DNA of 50,679 bases from Patescibacteria group bacterium (GCA_038065115.1 JBBTRS010000004.1:1-50679), one strand, 5' to 3'; numbered from the stretch's first letter, positions 14,912-25,419 are shown. Made by a program: numbers and translations. The notes: a model not told the origin generated them from the letters alone.

Positions 14912-16954
14912 ATGACAATAAAAGAATTTAAAAAACAGATTTTTCAAACCGAGTTTGACAATAAAAACCTTAGCTTGGAAATATCCGATCTCGGCTGTCA
15001 AGCTAATTCCGCCGTTTTGGGAAAATACGGCGAAACCGCGGTTTTGGTCACCGTGGTAATGGGCAAAAAAGACGAGCCTAAGAATTATCTGCCGTTAGTC
15101 GTTGACTATGAAGAAAAATTTTATGCCGCCGGAAAAATTATCGGCAGCCGTTTTGTCCGACGCGAAGGCCGACCTTCAGATGAAGCCATTATTTCCGGTC
15201 GTTTAGTTGACCGAACCATAAGACCGCTTTTTGACCAAAGAATCCGCCGACCAATTCAAGTAGTAGTAACGATTTTGGCTTATGACGAAGAAAACGACCC
15301 TGATTTTATCGCTCTTTTAACGGCTTCAACCGCCTTGGCAATTTCCGATGTCCCATGGAACGGTCCGGTGGCCGGAATAAGAATTGTCAAAGACCAACCT
15401 AAAGTTGAAGCTTTTTTTGCCGGCACCGAAGATAAAATTAATATGATTGAGCTTGGAGCCGAAGAAATTTCCGTGGATACCGCTGTTGAGTTTTTTGAAT
15501 CCAGCCAGAAAAAAATCAAGGAATTGATAGCTTTCCAGAAAGAAGTCGTCAAAACTTTGGGCCAAAAGAAAGCGGAGTTGGTTTTAGCGGAACCGCCCGT
15601 GGAACTTAAAAAGAAAGTCATTGATTTTCTTAGCGGTCGTTTGGAAAAAGCCGTTTATCAAGTATCCAAAGATTCAAGACAAAACGCCTTAGAAGATCTT
15701 AAAACCGAACTTTTTGATAATTTAAAAGAAGAAGTTGAAATCAAAACCTGGGGAGATGGAATCTTTGAAGAAGAAGTGGATAAAATCGTCCACCAGGGAA
15801 TTTTAGAAAAAGATAAAAGACCTGATAGCCGAAAACTAGACGAGGTGCGGCCTCTTTACGCGGAAACCGGTCTTTTCAAAAGAACCCACGGCTCCGCTCT
15901 TTTCGTCCGAGGCGAAACCCAGTCCCTTGCTATTACAACTTTGGCCGCGCCCGGAGCGGAACAATTAGTGGAAACAATGGAATTTTCCGGCAAAAAACGT
16001 TTCATGCTTCATTATAATTTCCCGCCGTTTTCCGTCGGCGAAACCGGTTCTTCCCGCAATCCCGGCCGAAGAGAAATCGGACACGGACTTTTGGCGGAAA
16101 AGGCTCTTCGTTATTTAATTCCGCCGGTTGAACAATTTCCATACACAATCAGAGTGGTTTCAGAAATTTTGTCCTCTAACGGCTCTTCTTCGATGGCTTC
16201 GGTTTGCGCCGGTTCGTTATCCCTGATGGATGCCGGCGTGCCTCTGAAAAAACCGGTTGTTGGCATCGCCATGGGCTTGGTAACAGGGAAAGATCAATAC
16301 AAGATATTAACTGATATTCAGGGGCCGGAGGATCATTACGGCGATATGGATTTGAAAGTAGCCGGCACTAGAGATGGCTTAACCGCCGTTCAAATGGACG
16401 TCAAAATTGACGGCATCAATCAAGAAATTTTTCAAAAAACTTTAGCGCAAGCTCAAAAAGCCCACAAAGACATTCTTGGGTTAGTAGAAAAAACCCTGAA
16501 AGGCCCTCGCGAAGAGCTTTCTGTTTATGCTCCGGCCGTCATCACTTTTGAAATTAAGCCCGAAAAAATCGGCGGAGTAATTGGCAGTGGCGGTCGGGTA
16601 ATTCAGGGCATTATTCAAATGAGTGGCGGACAAACCACCGTTGATGTTGAACAAGATGGAAAAGTTTATATCGCCGGCCCCGATAAAAAACAAGCGCAAC
16701 TGGTTTTAGACCAGATAAAAGCCATTGTTAAAGAATATGAAATTGGGGAAATAGTTGAAGGGGAGGTGATAAAAATCTTGGATTTTGGAGCCATTGTTGA
16801 TTTAGGCGGAGGCCGAGACGGAATGATTCATGTTTCCGAATTAAAAGAAGGGTATGTCAACAAAGTGGAAGACGTAGTCAGGCTCGGCGACAGAGTGAAA
16901 GCCAAAGTGATTCGCGCCGACCCCGATGGTAAAATTGGATTAACATTAAGATAA
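14912..16954 (+). CDS. pnp: Polyribonucleotide nucleotidyltransferase (PNPase)
   Basis: 680 aa. Two RNase PH domains, a KH domain (GGVIGSGGRVIQGI) and an S1 domain (GEVIKILDFGAIVDL). Confidence 0.92.
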   Translation: MTIKEFKKQIFQTEFDNKNLSLEISDLGCQANSAVLGKYGETAVLVTVVMGKKDEPKNYLPLVVDYEEKFYAAGKIIGSRFVRREGRPSDEAIISGRLVDRTIRPLFDQRIRRPIQVVVTILAYDEENDPDFIALLTASTALAISDVPWNGPVAGIRIVKDQPKVEAFFAGTEDKINMIELGAEEISVDTAVEFFESSQKKIKELIAFQKEVVKTLGQKKAELVLAEPPVELKKKVIDFLSGRLEKAVYQVSKDSRQNALEDLKTELFDNLKEEVEIKTWGDGIFEEEVDKIVHQGILEKDKRPDSRKLDEVRPLYAETGLFKRTHGSALFVRGETQSLAITTLAAPGAEQLVETMEFSGKKRFMLHYNFPPFSVGETGSSRNPGRREIGHGLLAEKALRYLIPPVEQFPYTIRVVSEILSSNGSSSMASVCAGSLSLMDAGVPLKKPVVGIAMGLVTGKDQYKILTDIQGPEDHYGDMDLKVAGTRDGLTAVQMDVKIDGINQEIFQKTLAQAQKAHKDILGLVEKTLKGPREELSVYAPAVITFEIKPEKIGGVIGSGGRVIQGIIQMSGGQTTVDVEQDGKVYIAGPDKKQAQLVLDQIKAIVKEYEIGEIVEGEVIKILDFGAIVDLGGGRDGMIHVSELKEGYVNKVEDVVRLGDRVKAKVIRADPDGKIGLTLR

Positions 16955-17000
16955 CGGTCGAGATTAAAAATTATATTAAAACAAAAACTAATTTTAATAT

Positions 17001-18062
17001 ATGGAAAATCAACCCGAAGAAAAAAACGAGATACCGACTCCGCCTCCCGCTAAAGTAAGTGTCAGGACCATGCAGTCGGATATTAAATCAATCCAAGAAA
17101 GCGGCGGCCAAATGCCCCAACCCTACATAGCGGAAATAAACCCGCTGGCCAAAGAAATAAACGAATCTAAAGAAGTTTCTTTTCAGGCGCCTGCGCTGGG
17201 ATCAAATGTTTCCGGCTACTCCGGCCCTGAAGAGCCCATGTTCCAGACTAAACCCCCATCGTCTTTGCCTCCTGGAAAAAAAACAGAGTCAACCGAAAAA
17301 AACGCTAAAGTTCCCCAAAAAAAATCCAAAACTTTCATGAGGATTTTGGGAATCATCATCTTAGCGGCGATTTTAGGCTTTGGGGGATACTATTTAACTA
17401 CCAATATTATTAAAGGAAAAAAGGCGGCGCCGTCTCCAATCGTATCCGCGCTTCCGGAAGCAGAAATCATCATTCCCGCGCCGGAAAAAATCCCGACTCC
17501 AGTCGCGCATGTTTCTTTATTTAACGCGCCGGTTATCCAAGAAGAAGAAATTATTTCTGTTTTAACGTTGGAAAATATCAATAACGCCTTAATTGCCGTG
17601 GCCAATACCACTCCAGCCAATAACCTTAAAGAAGTGGTTCTGCGCGGCGAAAATCAAACCCTGATCAATTTCTCTGAATTCCTGCCTGTTCTTTTAACGG
17701 AATTAAAAAGCGAAGAAATCGCCGGATTTTTTGAAGATAATTTCACAGCGGTGGTTTTTTCAAATCTCAACGGACAATGGCCCGGCTATATCGCCAAATT
17801 AAAGTCAACCGCGACCATTGACCAAGGCCAAGCTTTTGCCAGACAAAACCTGGAATCTTCAGCCAATTTGAAAAACATTTTTCTGGAAGAACCGGGAGCG
17901 GCCACGGCCTTCAAAGACGGACTGGCCGGCAGTTTGGCAATAAATACCCGTTATGCGACTTTTTCCAAACCGGGAGCGGCTTTCAATTACGGCTGGATCA
18001 ATGATAATTTGGTAATAAGCGCTTCCTACGCCGGTCTTTTGGAAATTCTGAAAAATCTTTAA
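17001..18062 (+). CDS. Hypothetical membrane-anchored protein
   Basis: Long ORF with one TM helix (FMRILGIIILAAILGFGGYYL). No recognisable domain. Confidence 0.55.
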   Translation: MENQPEEKNEIPTPPPAKVSVRTMQSDIKSIQESGGQMPQPYIAEINPLAKEINESKEVSFQAPALGSNVSGYSGPEEPMFQTKPPSSLPPGKKTESTEKNAKVPQKKSKTFMRILGIIILAAILGFGGYYLTTNIIKGKKAAPSPIVSALPEAEIIIPAPEKIPTPVAHVSLFNAPVIQEEEIISVLTLENINNALIAVANTTPANNLKEVVLRGENQTLINFSEFLPVLLTELKSEEIAGFFEDNFTAVVFSNLNGQWPGYIAKLKSTATIDQGQAFARQNLESSANLKNIFLEEPGAATAFKDGLAGSLAINTRYATFSKPGAAFNYGWINDNLVISASYAGLLEILKNL

Positions 18063-18072
18063 TAAAATTTCT

Positions 18073-18402
18073 ATGTTTTCCCTAAAAACAATAAAAAATA
18101 AACTGGAAAAAGAAAAAAAAGCGCTTGAGGTAGAAATCAATTCTTTAAACACGCCTCCGCAGTTCGGCGACGACATGGACGAAAGCGAAAAAACCGACGA
18201 AATTGAGGCTTTCGGCGCCAATCTGGGTCTTCAACAAGTTTTAAAAAACAGGCTGGAAAATATCAATTCGGCTTTGCGGAAAATGGAACAAGAAAAATAC
18301 GGTTTTTGCGAACAATGCGGAAAAAAAATGTCCCGAATTATTTTAAGAATCTTGCCTGATTCCCGACTTTGCCAAAAATGTAAAAAATTGTTAAAGAAAT
18401 GA
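18073..18402 (+). CDS. DksA/TraR-family C4 zinc-finger protein
   Basis: C-terminal CEQCGKKM...LCQKCKK, preceded by a coiled coil. Confidence 0.7.
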   Translation: MFSLKTIKNKLEKEKKALEVEINSLNTPPQFGDDMDESEKTDEIEAFGANLGLQQVLKNRLENINSALRKMEQEKYGFCEQCGKKMSRIILRILPDSRLCQKCKKLLKK

Positions 18403-19961
18403 AGGGTCCGGCTAGAATATTTTCAGCTGAACTTGACGGTATTAACGCGGAGCTAATTGAAGTAGAGACCGACATTAATGTCGGTCTCCATGCTTTCAAT
18501 ATCGTCGGTCTGGCGGATAAATCCGTGTCCGAAGCCAAAGAGCGGGTTAATTCGGCTTTGAAAAACAGCGGCATTAAACCGCCGACCAAAGAAAACCGAC
18601 GCATTACCGTCAACCTGGCGCCGGCGGACATCAAAAAAATCGGTTCCCAGTTTGACCTAGCTATCGCTTTGGCCTATCTGCTGGCCAGCGACCAAATCAA
18701 GGAATTTGAAACCCGGGATAAAATCTTTGTCGGCGAACTTTCTCTTGACGGCAGTCTCCGAAGCGTCAACGGCGGACTGAATATCGCCCAACTCGCGAAA
18801 AAATTAGGCTTTAAATATCTTTTCGTGCCCGAAGCCAACGCCGAAGAAGCGGCAATAATCAATGGAATTTCAGTTATTCCCGTATCAAATCTTAAAGCCT
18901 TAATCGCTCATCTGGAAAATCAAACAGTTATTCCAACCCAACCAACAACCGTTTTTGCCCCCGATAACCAATTTTCATTGGTAAATTTTGATGACATCAA
19001 AGGCCAGGAAAACGCCAAACGGGCTTTGGCTTTGGCGGCGGCTGGCGGTCATAATATTCTGATGATCGGGCCTCCCGGCACCGGAAAAACTATGATGGCC
19101 CAGGCCTTAATCTCTCTTTTGCCGTCTTTAGTTCTTGCCGAAGCCACCGAAATTAATCAAGTTTACAGCGCCGCGGGTTTGCTGAAGAAAAATTTTTTTA
19201 TCAACTATCGTCCGTTTCGTTCGCCGCACCACAGTTCTTCTTTGATCGCTTTAATCGGCGGCGGCTCTTATCCCAAACCCGGAGAAATCAGTTTAGCTCA
19301 CCGGGGCATTCTTTTTTTGGATGAATTTCCGGAATTTCACCGCGACCTCCTGGAAGCTCTGCGTCAGCCACTGGAAAACGGCATTATCAATATCAGCCGG
19401 GCCAAAAAAAATCTTACTTTTCCGGCCAATTTCACTTTAGTCGCCGCGATGAATCCTTGCCCCTGTGGTTATTTCGGCGACCCGCAAAAAGAATGCCGTT
19501 GCGGCGCTTACGAAGTTTTCCGCTACCAAAAGAAGATTTCCGGTCCTTTGCTTGACCGCATTGACATCCAAATTGAAGTGCCGCGGGTAGAAATCAGCGA
19601 ATTAAGAAACAAGAAAGCCGCGCCTAACCAGCAAACGAGTGTTGCCAACAGCGCCAATCAAACACTAAAATCAAAAATCGCTTCGGCCAGAGAAATTCAA
19701 GCCCGACGCTTCGCCGATTTTAAACCCAAAATCCACACCAACAGCGAAATGACCTCCAAGCAAGTGGAGGCCGTGATTGATTTTGACAATTCGGCGGAAG
19801 ATTTTTTAAAAAATGTTTTGGAGAAAACTTTTCTTTCCGGTCGCAGTTATTACCGTATTTTAAAAATCGCTCAAACAATCGCCGACTTTGAAACCTCAAA
19901 AAAAATAACCTCCGATCATTTAGCGGAGGCCTATCAATACCGAACAAGGGAAAGTAATTAG
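18399..19961 (+). CDS. comM: YifB/ComM family Mg-chelatase-like AAA+ ATPase
   Basis: Lon-like N-terminal domain, Walker A GPPGTGKTM, Walker B ILFLDEFPEF, and the C-terminal ChlI-like helix. Confidence 0.88.
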   Translation: MKGPARIFSAELDGINAELIEVETDINVGLHAFNIVGLADKSVSEAKERVNSALKNSGIKPPTKENRRITVNLAPADIKKIGSQFDLAIALAYLLASDQIKEFETRDKIFVGELSLDGSLRSVNGGLNIAQLAKKLGFKYLFVPEANAEEAAIINGISVIPVSNLKALIAHLENQTVIPTQPTTVFAPDNQFSLVNFDDIKGQENAKRALALAAAGGHNILMIGPPGTGKTMMAQALISLLPSLVLAEATEINQVYSAAGLLKKNFFINYRPFRSPHHSSSLIALIGGGSYPKPGEISLAHRGILFLDEFPEFHRDLLEALRQPLENGIINISRAKKNLTFPANFTLVAAMNPCPCGYFGDPQKECRCGAYEVFRYQKKISGPLLDRIDIQIEVPRVEISELRNKKAAPNQQTSVANSANQTLKSKIASAREIQARRFADFKPKIHTNSEMTSKQVEAVIDFDNSAEDFLKNVLEKTFLSGRSYYRILKIAQTIADFETSKKITSDHLAEAYQYRTRESN

Positions 19962-19964
19962 TAA

Positions 19965-21035
19965 TTAGAATTTAGCGAAAGGATTTTTGGCGCCGCGAAC
20001 TTCAAAATGTAAATGGCAACCGGTTGGGCCGTGAGTGTTGCCAGTATTGCCCATCAAGCCAATCTTAGCGCCTTGCGAAACATACTTGCCTTCATCCACC
20101 AAGATTTTGTTTAAATGAGCGTAAGCGGTATAAGTTTTATTGGGATGTTCTATTTTAATATAGCCTCCATAGCCATTATTCCAGCCAATATTGCCTGCTT
20201 CTATAACTAAACCTTCGGCCGCGGCGTAAACCGATGTCCCGCACTGATTAGCGACGTCAATAGCGTTATAATCGTGAAGCCGGCCCCAATTCCAACCGGT
20301 TGTGGGAATAGCAAAATAATTACCTAAGTCCAAGAAGTCGTCGGGCCAACGACTGACATAATTTGTTTTTCGCAAAGGTCGGCCGTGGGGGATAATCAGT
20401 CGATTGCCTTGATTCTGAAGAAGTTCTTGAAAACTGGTATTGAATTTTTTAATTTCCTCGGAACTGACTCCATATAAACCAGCAATAGAATCCAAGGTAT
20501 CGCCCTCTTTAATTTCATGCAACACCCCTTCAACCGGCAAAATAACTATTTCCTGGCCCGGTTTAATAAAAGACGATCGCAGGCCGGGATTTGTCCAGAA
20601 AATGGCATCGGTGGAAATATCAAATTTAACCGCAACTTTAGAAATGGTGTCTCCCGGTTGAATTTGGTAAATCATTAACCCCTCACGAGTCGGTAAAACA
20701 GTATTTAAAGGATTAGCCGGGTCAGAAATAACCGAACTGTCCAGTAAAACAAATCCGGCAAATCCGGCAAAAACAGAGTTGCTGTCGGTGGCTAAATTAT
20801 TAAAAGAACCGGCCAGGACAGATTCGGATTGACTTTCCGGACCGCCGATAATACCGCCGGAAATCAAAGCCGGTTTCTGATCGGCTTTTACCAAGCGAAT
20901 AGCAAAATTAACCGTTAAAATGCTCAAAAAAACCAAAAGAACCGACCAAGAGACGGTTTGCTTCAAAAATCTGCCCAAAGAGGTTAAAATCTTATGATGA
21001 GTAACGATAGAAAGTATTATAGCAAAGCCCGGCAA
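19965..21035 (-). CDS. LysM-domain M23 metallopeptidase (start uncertain)
   Basis: Two LysM repeats (YQIQPGDTISKVAVKF, HEIKEGDTLDSIAGLYG) and the M23 HxH motif (CHLHFEV). The track start is a TTG that overlaps murD. A later TTG (MKQTVSWSVLLVF, about 20966) gives a cleaner signal anchor. Confidence 0.8.
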   Translation of the reverse strand: MPGFAIILSIVTHHKILTSLGRFLKQTVSWSVLLVFLSILTVNFAIRLVKADQKPALISGGIIGGPESQSESVLAGSFNNLATDSNSVFAGFAGFVLLDSSVISDPANPLNTVLPTREGLMIYQIQPGDTISKVAVKFDISTDAIFWTNPGLRSSFIKPGQEIVILPVEGVLHEIKEGDTLDSIAGLYGVSSEEIKKFNTSFQELLQNQGNRLIIPHGRPLRKTNYVSRWPDDFLDLGNYFAIPTTGWNWGRLHDYNAIDVANQCGTSVYAAAEGLVIEAGNIGWNNGYGGYIKIEHPNKTYTAYAHLNKILVDEGKYVSQGAKIGLMGNTGNTHGPTGCHLHFEVRGAKNPFAKF

Positions 21036-22346
21036 GAAAACAAGACCGCCTCCTCGTTACCTGCCCATCTAGCAGGCAAGCCTCAAAGAGTCCTTGTTTT
21101 CGGACTAGGTTTGAATGGCGGAGGAGTAGGCAGCGCCAGGTTTTTTAGCCGTCAAGGAGCCAAGGTAACGGTAACCGACTTAAAAAGCAAAAAAGCGCTA
21201 TCTGCTTCTTTGGCTAAACTCTCTTCATTTCCCGACATTAAATATGTCCTCGGCAAGCATCGCTTGGCTGATTTTTTAGCCAGCGACTTAATTGTCAAAA
21301 ATCCGGCTATTCCCTGGAATAACCATTTTTTGAAAAAAGCTCAAAGCCAAGGCATACCGGTTGTCACCGACACGATTATCTTTTTTAATCAAGCGCCGGC
21401 TTTAATCGTTGGCATTACCGGAACCAAAGGCAAATCAACAACCGCAACCCTATTGGCAAAACTTTTGAAAAAAAAATACCCGCGGGTTTGGCTGGCAGGC
21501 AATATCGGAGAATCTTTTTTAGACAAACTCCCCAAGGTCAAACCTCAAGATGTTGTCGTGGCCGAGCTTTCCAGTTTTCAATTAGAGGATCTGGCTTTGA
21601 TAAAAAAGAGCCCGCAGATTGCCATTATCACCAATATTTTTCCAGACCATCTCAACCGCTATGCTTCTTTCCGCGAATACGCCCAAGCCAAAACCAATAT
21701 TTTTTTACACCAAAAACCGACCGACTATTTAATTATCAACGACAATGATAAATTTTTAGTTAAATTAACAAAAAAAACCAAGGCTAAAAAACATCTTCTT
21801 AAAACAACAAATTTGTCGCCTTTGGAAATTAATATCGCTTTGGCCACCGAAGCGGCAAGAATTTTAGAAGCGCCCCAAAAAGAGATTGCGAGAGTTTTAA
21901 AAAATTTTCGCGGTTTGGCTGGCCGTCAGGAAATAATCCGAAAATTTCAAAATAGGATTTTTATCAACGACACCACCGCCACCAACCCGACCGCAGTTTT
22001 AGTCGCTCTTCAATTTGTAACCCGAAAATACCGGCAACCGATTATTTTAATTGCCGGGGGCCAAGACAAAAATCTTAACTATGAAAAAATGGCTCAAGAA
22101 ATAAACAAAAAAGTGAAAAGACTGGTTCTTCTGCCCGGCAGCGCGACCGAGAAACTAAAAAAACATCTCAAAAAAGAATTTTCGGAAGCCGAGAATATGG
22201 AAGAAGCGGTTAAAAAAGCCTACGATCTTTCGCAAACGGGGGACTTGGTATTGCTTTCTCCGGGAGCGGCCAGCTTCAATCTTTTTGAGAACGAATTTGA
22301 CCGAGGCGCCCAATTCAATCAATATGTTAAAAAATTGCGTAAATAA
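20994..22346 (+). CDS. murD: UDP-N-acetylmuramoylalanine--D-glutamate ligase
   Basis: VLVFGLGLNGGG Rossmann N-terminus, GITGTKGKSTT P-loop, Mur ligase C-domain. The N-terminal ~30 aa extension is uncertain. Confidence 0.88.
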   Translation: MMSNDRKYYSKARQENKTASSLPAHLAGKPQRVLVFGLGLNGGGVGSARFFSRQGAKVTVTDLKSKKALSASLAKLSSFPDIKYVLGKHRLADFLASDLIVKNPAIPWNNHFLKKAQSQGIPVVTDTIIFFNQAPALIVGITGTKGKSTTATLLAKLLKKKYPRVWLAGNIGESFLDKLPKVKPQDVVVAELSSFQLEDLALIKKSPQIAIITNIFPDHLNRYASFREYAQAKTNIFLHQKPTDYLIINDNDKFLVKLTKKTKAKKHLLKTTNLSPLEINIALATEAARILEAPQKEIARVLKNFRGLAGRQEIIRKFQNRIFINDTTATNPTAVLVALQFVTRKYRQPIILIAGGQDKNLNYEKMAQEINKKVKRLVLLPGSATEKLKKHLKKEFSEAENMEEAVKKAYDLSQTGDLVLLSPGAASFNLFENEFDRGAQFNQYVKKLRK

Positions 22347-23231
22347 ATGAAAAGACTGGGACAACATTTTTTAACCAACAAAATCAAGCTTCAAGAAATT
22401 ATTGAGACGCTGGATTTAAAGCCGGGGGATACCGTTATTGAAATCGGCCCGGGACACGGGGAACTTACTCGACCAATGGCCGAGAAATTAAAAACCAAGA
22501 ATTCCGCGCCTGCCGGCAGACCGGAAAAATCAAAAATAATCACAATAGAAAAAGATGGTGATTTAGTTAAATTGCTGAAAGCAGAATTTACCGAAAATGA
22601 AAATATTGAAATTATTCAAGGCGATGCTTTAAAAATCTTGCCTGATTTATGTTCCAAGTTTCATGATTTAAGTTTCAAGATTGTCGGCAACATTCCTTTT
22701 TACATAACAGGCTATCTTCTGCGGATATTGGGAGAATTAGAAAAAAAACCCTCGCTTATCGTCTTGACCGTTCAAAAAGAAGTGGCGGAAAGAGTTTGCG
22801 CCGAACCGCCAAGAATGAATTTATTAGCCGCTAGCGTTCAATTTTGGGCCGAACCGAAAATTATTGATTATATTCCTAAAACCGATTTTCAACCCCAACC
22901 AAAAGTAGATTCGGCGATAATAAAATTAGTAATTAGCAATCAGCCACTAGCCACTAGCGAAAACTACTATAAATTAATTAAAATTATTTTTAAGCAACCA
23001 AGAAAGACCATTCTTAATAATTTAGCGTCAGGCGTCAAGTATCAAGCGTCAAGCATTAAAAACCAAAAAATCCCGATTTCATCGAGGATTATCGACAAAG
23101 TCGGAACAAAAGAAGAAATTATTAAAATCCTAGAAACGCTAAAAATCAGTCCAACTGATCGGCCGCAAAATTTAACAATTGAGCAAATAAAAAACTTATC
23201 AGTCCAGTTAAGCTCTATTGTAATTTTTTAA
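22347..23231 (+). CDS. rsmA: 16S rRNA (adenine1518/1519-N6)-dimethyltransferase
   Basis: LGQHFLTNK and the EIGPGHGELT SAM motif. Appears to carry extra in-frame segments (KTKNSAPAGRPEKSK; VKYQASSIKNQKIPISSRIIDK). Confidence 0.85.
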   Translation: MKRLGQHFLTNKIKLQEIIETLDLKPGDTVIEIGPGHGELTRPMAEKLKTKNSAPAGRPEKSKIITIEKDGDLVKLLKAEFTENENIEIIQGDALKILPDLCSKFHDLSFKIVGNIPFYITGYLLRILGELEKKPSLIVLTVQKEVAERVCAEPPRMNLLAASVQFWAEPKIIDYIPKTDFQPQPKVDSAIIKLVISNQPLATSENYYKLIKIIFKQPRKTILNNLASGVKYQASSIKNQKIPISSRIIDKVGTKEEIIKILETLKISPTDRPQNLTIEQIKNLSVQLSSIVIF

Positions 23232-23325
23232 TATAAAAATTACAGGCAGTTTGTCGGCTTTGCTAGCGTGCCTGTCCACTGAAGTTTTAACGAAAACAGA
23301 AAATCCGGTGGCGATGGCGAAAAAG

Positions 23326-24543
23326 TTATCTGCTTAGGGAAGATCCTATTCCTCGTATGAAGTCAATAATGCTATCAACACTGCCCTCGCTGGAGTTGGC
23401 GCAGTAATAGCCGGAAGTGTTTTGGCACTGAAAACTCATCATCGTATAGCCCCCAACAACATTCGGTCCGGCGTACCAGATATTGTAATTTGCGCGAAGG
23501 GTAGACATAAACGGCCTGTATGCTGTTTTTATTTCCTGACCGTTCCTTGAGAAATCTTTTATTTTTAATAAAATGCCAAAATTATAATAGCACGTACAGT
23601 AAGCAACGCTGTTGATGCTTCCGCCAAAATAGTCATGCATCCCGCCTGTTTGAGCTAAAACCTTGGAATAAAATAAACCCTTGATCATATTTTCAATCTT
23701 AATAAAAAAACTTGTAAGGCTTTTAATTTTATCTTCATTTCTGCTCGTAGGAACTGCGGACTCTTTTTGAAATCGGTTATTATCCGATTTATTTTGCTCT
23801 TTCATCGCTTTGAAAGCGTTTTTCACCTCATCTTTGCTATTATCATCAATCTTGTTTTCCGTCACCATAATAAACACGGGAGACCACCACCTTGTGTCTC
23901 CGTTTGCGTTCTGGATGTAAATAAGATGGATGCCCATATTTATACTATCCTTGCCCGGAACAGTCACTTTAAGCAATCCGTTATTCGCATATTCAACATT
24001 GCTGATTTTAAAGTCGTCTACATCGCTTATATAAACGCTGCTCCCCCGAGAAAGGCCAGATCCGTAAATCTCAAAAACCTGCCCGGGAATCACGTTATCC
24101 TCTGAAAGAGATTTTATTATTGGGGGTTCGGACGGCGGAATGACGGCGCTTTCCTTCTGTGGCTCAGGCAGTAAGAGTTGCTCCGGAATGGTCGTTTTGG
24201 CAACAACTTCGTTGAGTTTCTTTCTGGTCATCACCCCCACAAACCCTGTTCCGCTTTTTAAGCCGATCGGAATAAGCATCTCGGACTTATACTTGTCTTG
24301 AAATCGGATAACGGCATTTTTGGTAAGAGTTCCGAAAAATAGCGTCTCATTTCCCGGGGAGCCCGGTCCTTCGAGAGCAACTTGGGTTTCCGGGTCATAA
24401 TTTAACACTTGCTGCAAAGCTTTGACATCCGAAGAGAAGTCGCCTTTCTTGAGGTCGCGTATAAATTGAAAATCGGCAGAAACTGATTCGCTTATAAAAA
24501 AAATAACTGCGATGCTGGTTAATACTTTTAAGTATTTATGCAT
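23326..24543 (-). CDS. Secreted protein with an N-terminal peptidoglycan-binding (PG_binding_1-like) domain
   Basis: Signal peptide, then GDFSSDVKALQQVL...GTLTKNAVIRFQDKY. IPT-like middle region. Cys-containing C-terminal domain of unknown function. Confidence 0.6.
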   Translation of the reverse strand: MHKYLKVLTSIAVIFFISESVSADFQFIRDLKKGDFSSDVKALQQVLNYDPETQVALEGPGSPGNETLFFGTLTKNAVIRFQDKYKSEMLIPIGLKSGTGFVGVMTRKKLNEVVAKTTIPEQLLLPEPQKESAVIPPSEPPIIKSLSEDNVIPGQVFEIYGSGLSRGSSVYISDVDDFKISNVEYANNGLLKVTVPGKDSINMGIHLIYIQNANGDTRWWSPVFIMVTENKIDDNSKDEVKNAFKAMKEQNKSDNNRFQKESAVPTSRNEDKIKSLTSFFIKIENMIKGLFYSKVLAQTGGMHDYFGGSINSVAYCTCYYNFGILLKIKDFSRNGQEIKTAYRPFMSTLRANYNIWYAGPNVVGGYTMMSFQCQNTSGYYCANSSEGSVDSIIDFIRGIGSSLSR

Positions 24544-24657
24544 AAAAATTTACACTATAAGACAACAAGCCCTAATAAAAAATATTTTAAGTATGTCTGC
24601 GATTATTTATGATATAATATTATCATAAATATCATAGAATTTGTTATAATAAAATCA

Positions 24658-25419
24658 ATGAAATCCCTAAAATCAGGGCTTATAGTTTTGGCGGTGATTT
24701 TGTTTTTAGTCGGCGCTTATTTTGTTAACAAACCGCGGGAGCGGTCTCTTGTTTCCGAAAAAAATCCATCAAACATCAAATTATCTTCTTTGGTTCCGGA
24801 AACTAATAATTCTTATAATTTTGACGTCAAAAATAATCTCACAAAAACTCTCGGCCAAAATCTTTTTGAAGAGATTCGAGCCAACAACCTCGCAAATAAA
24901 GAAAAAGATGATTTGCCGGCTGACATAAATTCAATATCCGAGAAATTAGCGAATAGCGTTATTAACGAAAGCTTGGCGGATTTTAAATTGATATCCACTA
25001 TTTACGATTCTGATATAAAAATTTCCCCGGATATTACCAAAGAAACCAAAACCCGATATCTTGAAACCATTGCGGAAATTAACCAAAAAAACTTCGGAAG
25101 TTTTAACAAAAACCATCTTCAAGTAATAGTTGATGTTTATCAAAAAATAGATCCTTCTTCCGCCAGCCGCTTGGCGAATATTTACAAAAACTTAGCCGCT
25201 GATTTCCTAAAAGTTGCCGCGCCTGCCGATTGGGTTGGTATTCACAAGGCGCTGATTATTCATGCCAAAAACGCGGAAATTATTTACAAGGCAATGGCTA
25301 ATTATCCAGTTGACCCGATTAAGGGATATTTGGCCCTGGAAACGATTGACGCCCTGATTGATGATATCGGGAAGATTAAAAATACGTTAACGGAGAAATT
25401 AAAAGAAATCAGCTCCTAA
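24658..25419 (+). CDS. Hypothetical membrane-anchored protein (first gene of the T4SS-like operon)
   Basis: N-terminal TM helix. Stop is adjacent to the next start (TAA ATG). Confidence 0.6.
   Translation: MKSLKSGLIVLAVILFLVGAYFVNKPRERSLVSEKNPSNIKLSSLVPETNNSYNFDVKNNLTKTLGQNLFEEIRANNLANKEKDDLPADINSISEKLANSVINESLADFKLISTIYDSDIKISPDITKETKTRYLETIAEINQKNFGSFNKNHLQVIVDVYQKIDPSSASRLANIYKNLAADFLKVAAPADWVGIHKALIIHAKNAEIIYKAMANYPVDPIKGYLALETIDALIDDIGKIKNTLTEKLKEISS

Noticed and set aside
21060-21076. Short GC-rich palindromes of the type CTGCC-N-GGCAG occur in murD (21060..21076), in rsmA (CTGCCGGCAG, 22510..22519) and between the zinc-ribbon ORF and ruvC (44620..44637). They could be a REP-like family producing in-frame micro-insertions.
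   Set aside because: There are only three loosely similar instances, with different spacers and stem lengths. I cannot show they are related without genome-wide counts.
22514-22536. A 23-nt near-identity (21/23) between rsmA (GGCAGACCGGAAAAATCAAAAAT, encoding GRPEKSK) and the Pro-rich ORF at about 29774..29796 (GGCAGGCCAGAAAAATCAAAAAT).
   Set aside because: Much of the match is an A-rich run. My rough estimate is that a 23-mer with 2 mismatches is not clearly beyond chance in a 50-kb AT-biased window.
24608-24627. Inverted repeat TATGATA-N6-TATCATA upstream of the T4SS-like operon, overlapping TATAAT-like hexamers.
   Set aside because: It is made purely of A/T-rich 7-mers in a very AT-rich promoter region, so a chance palindrome is likely. 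It is kept only as a note.
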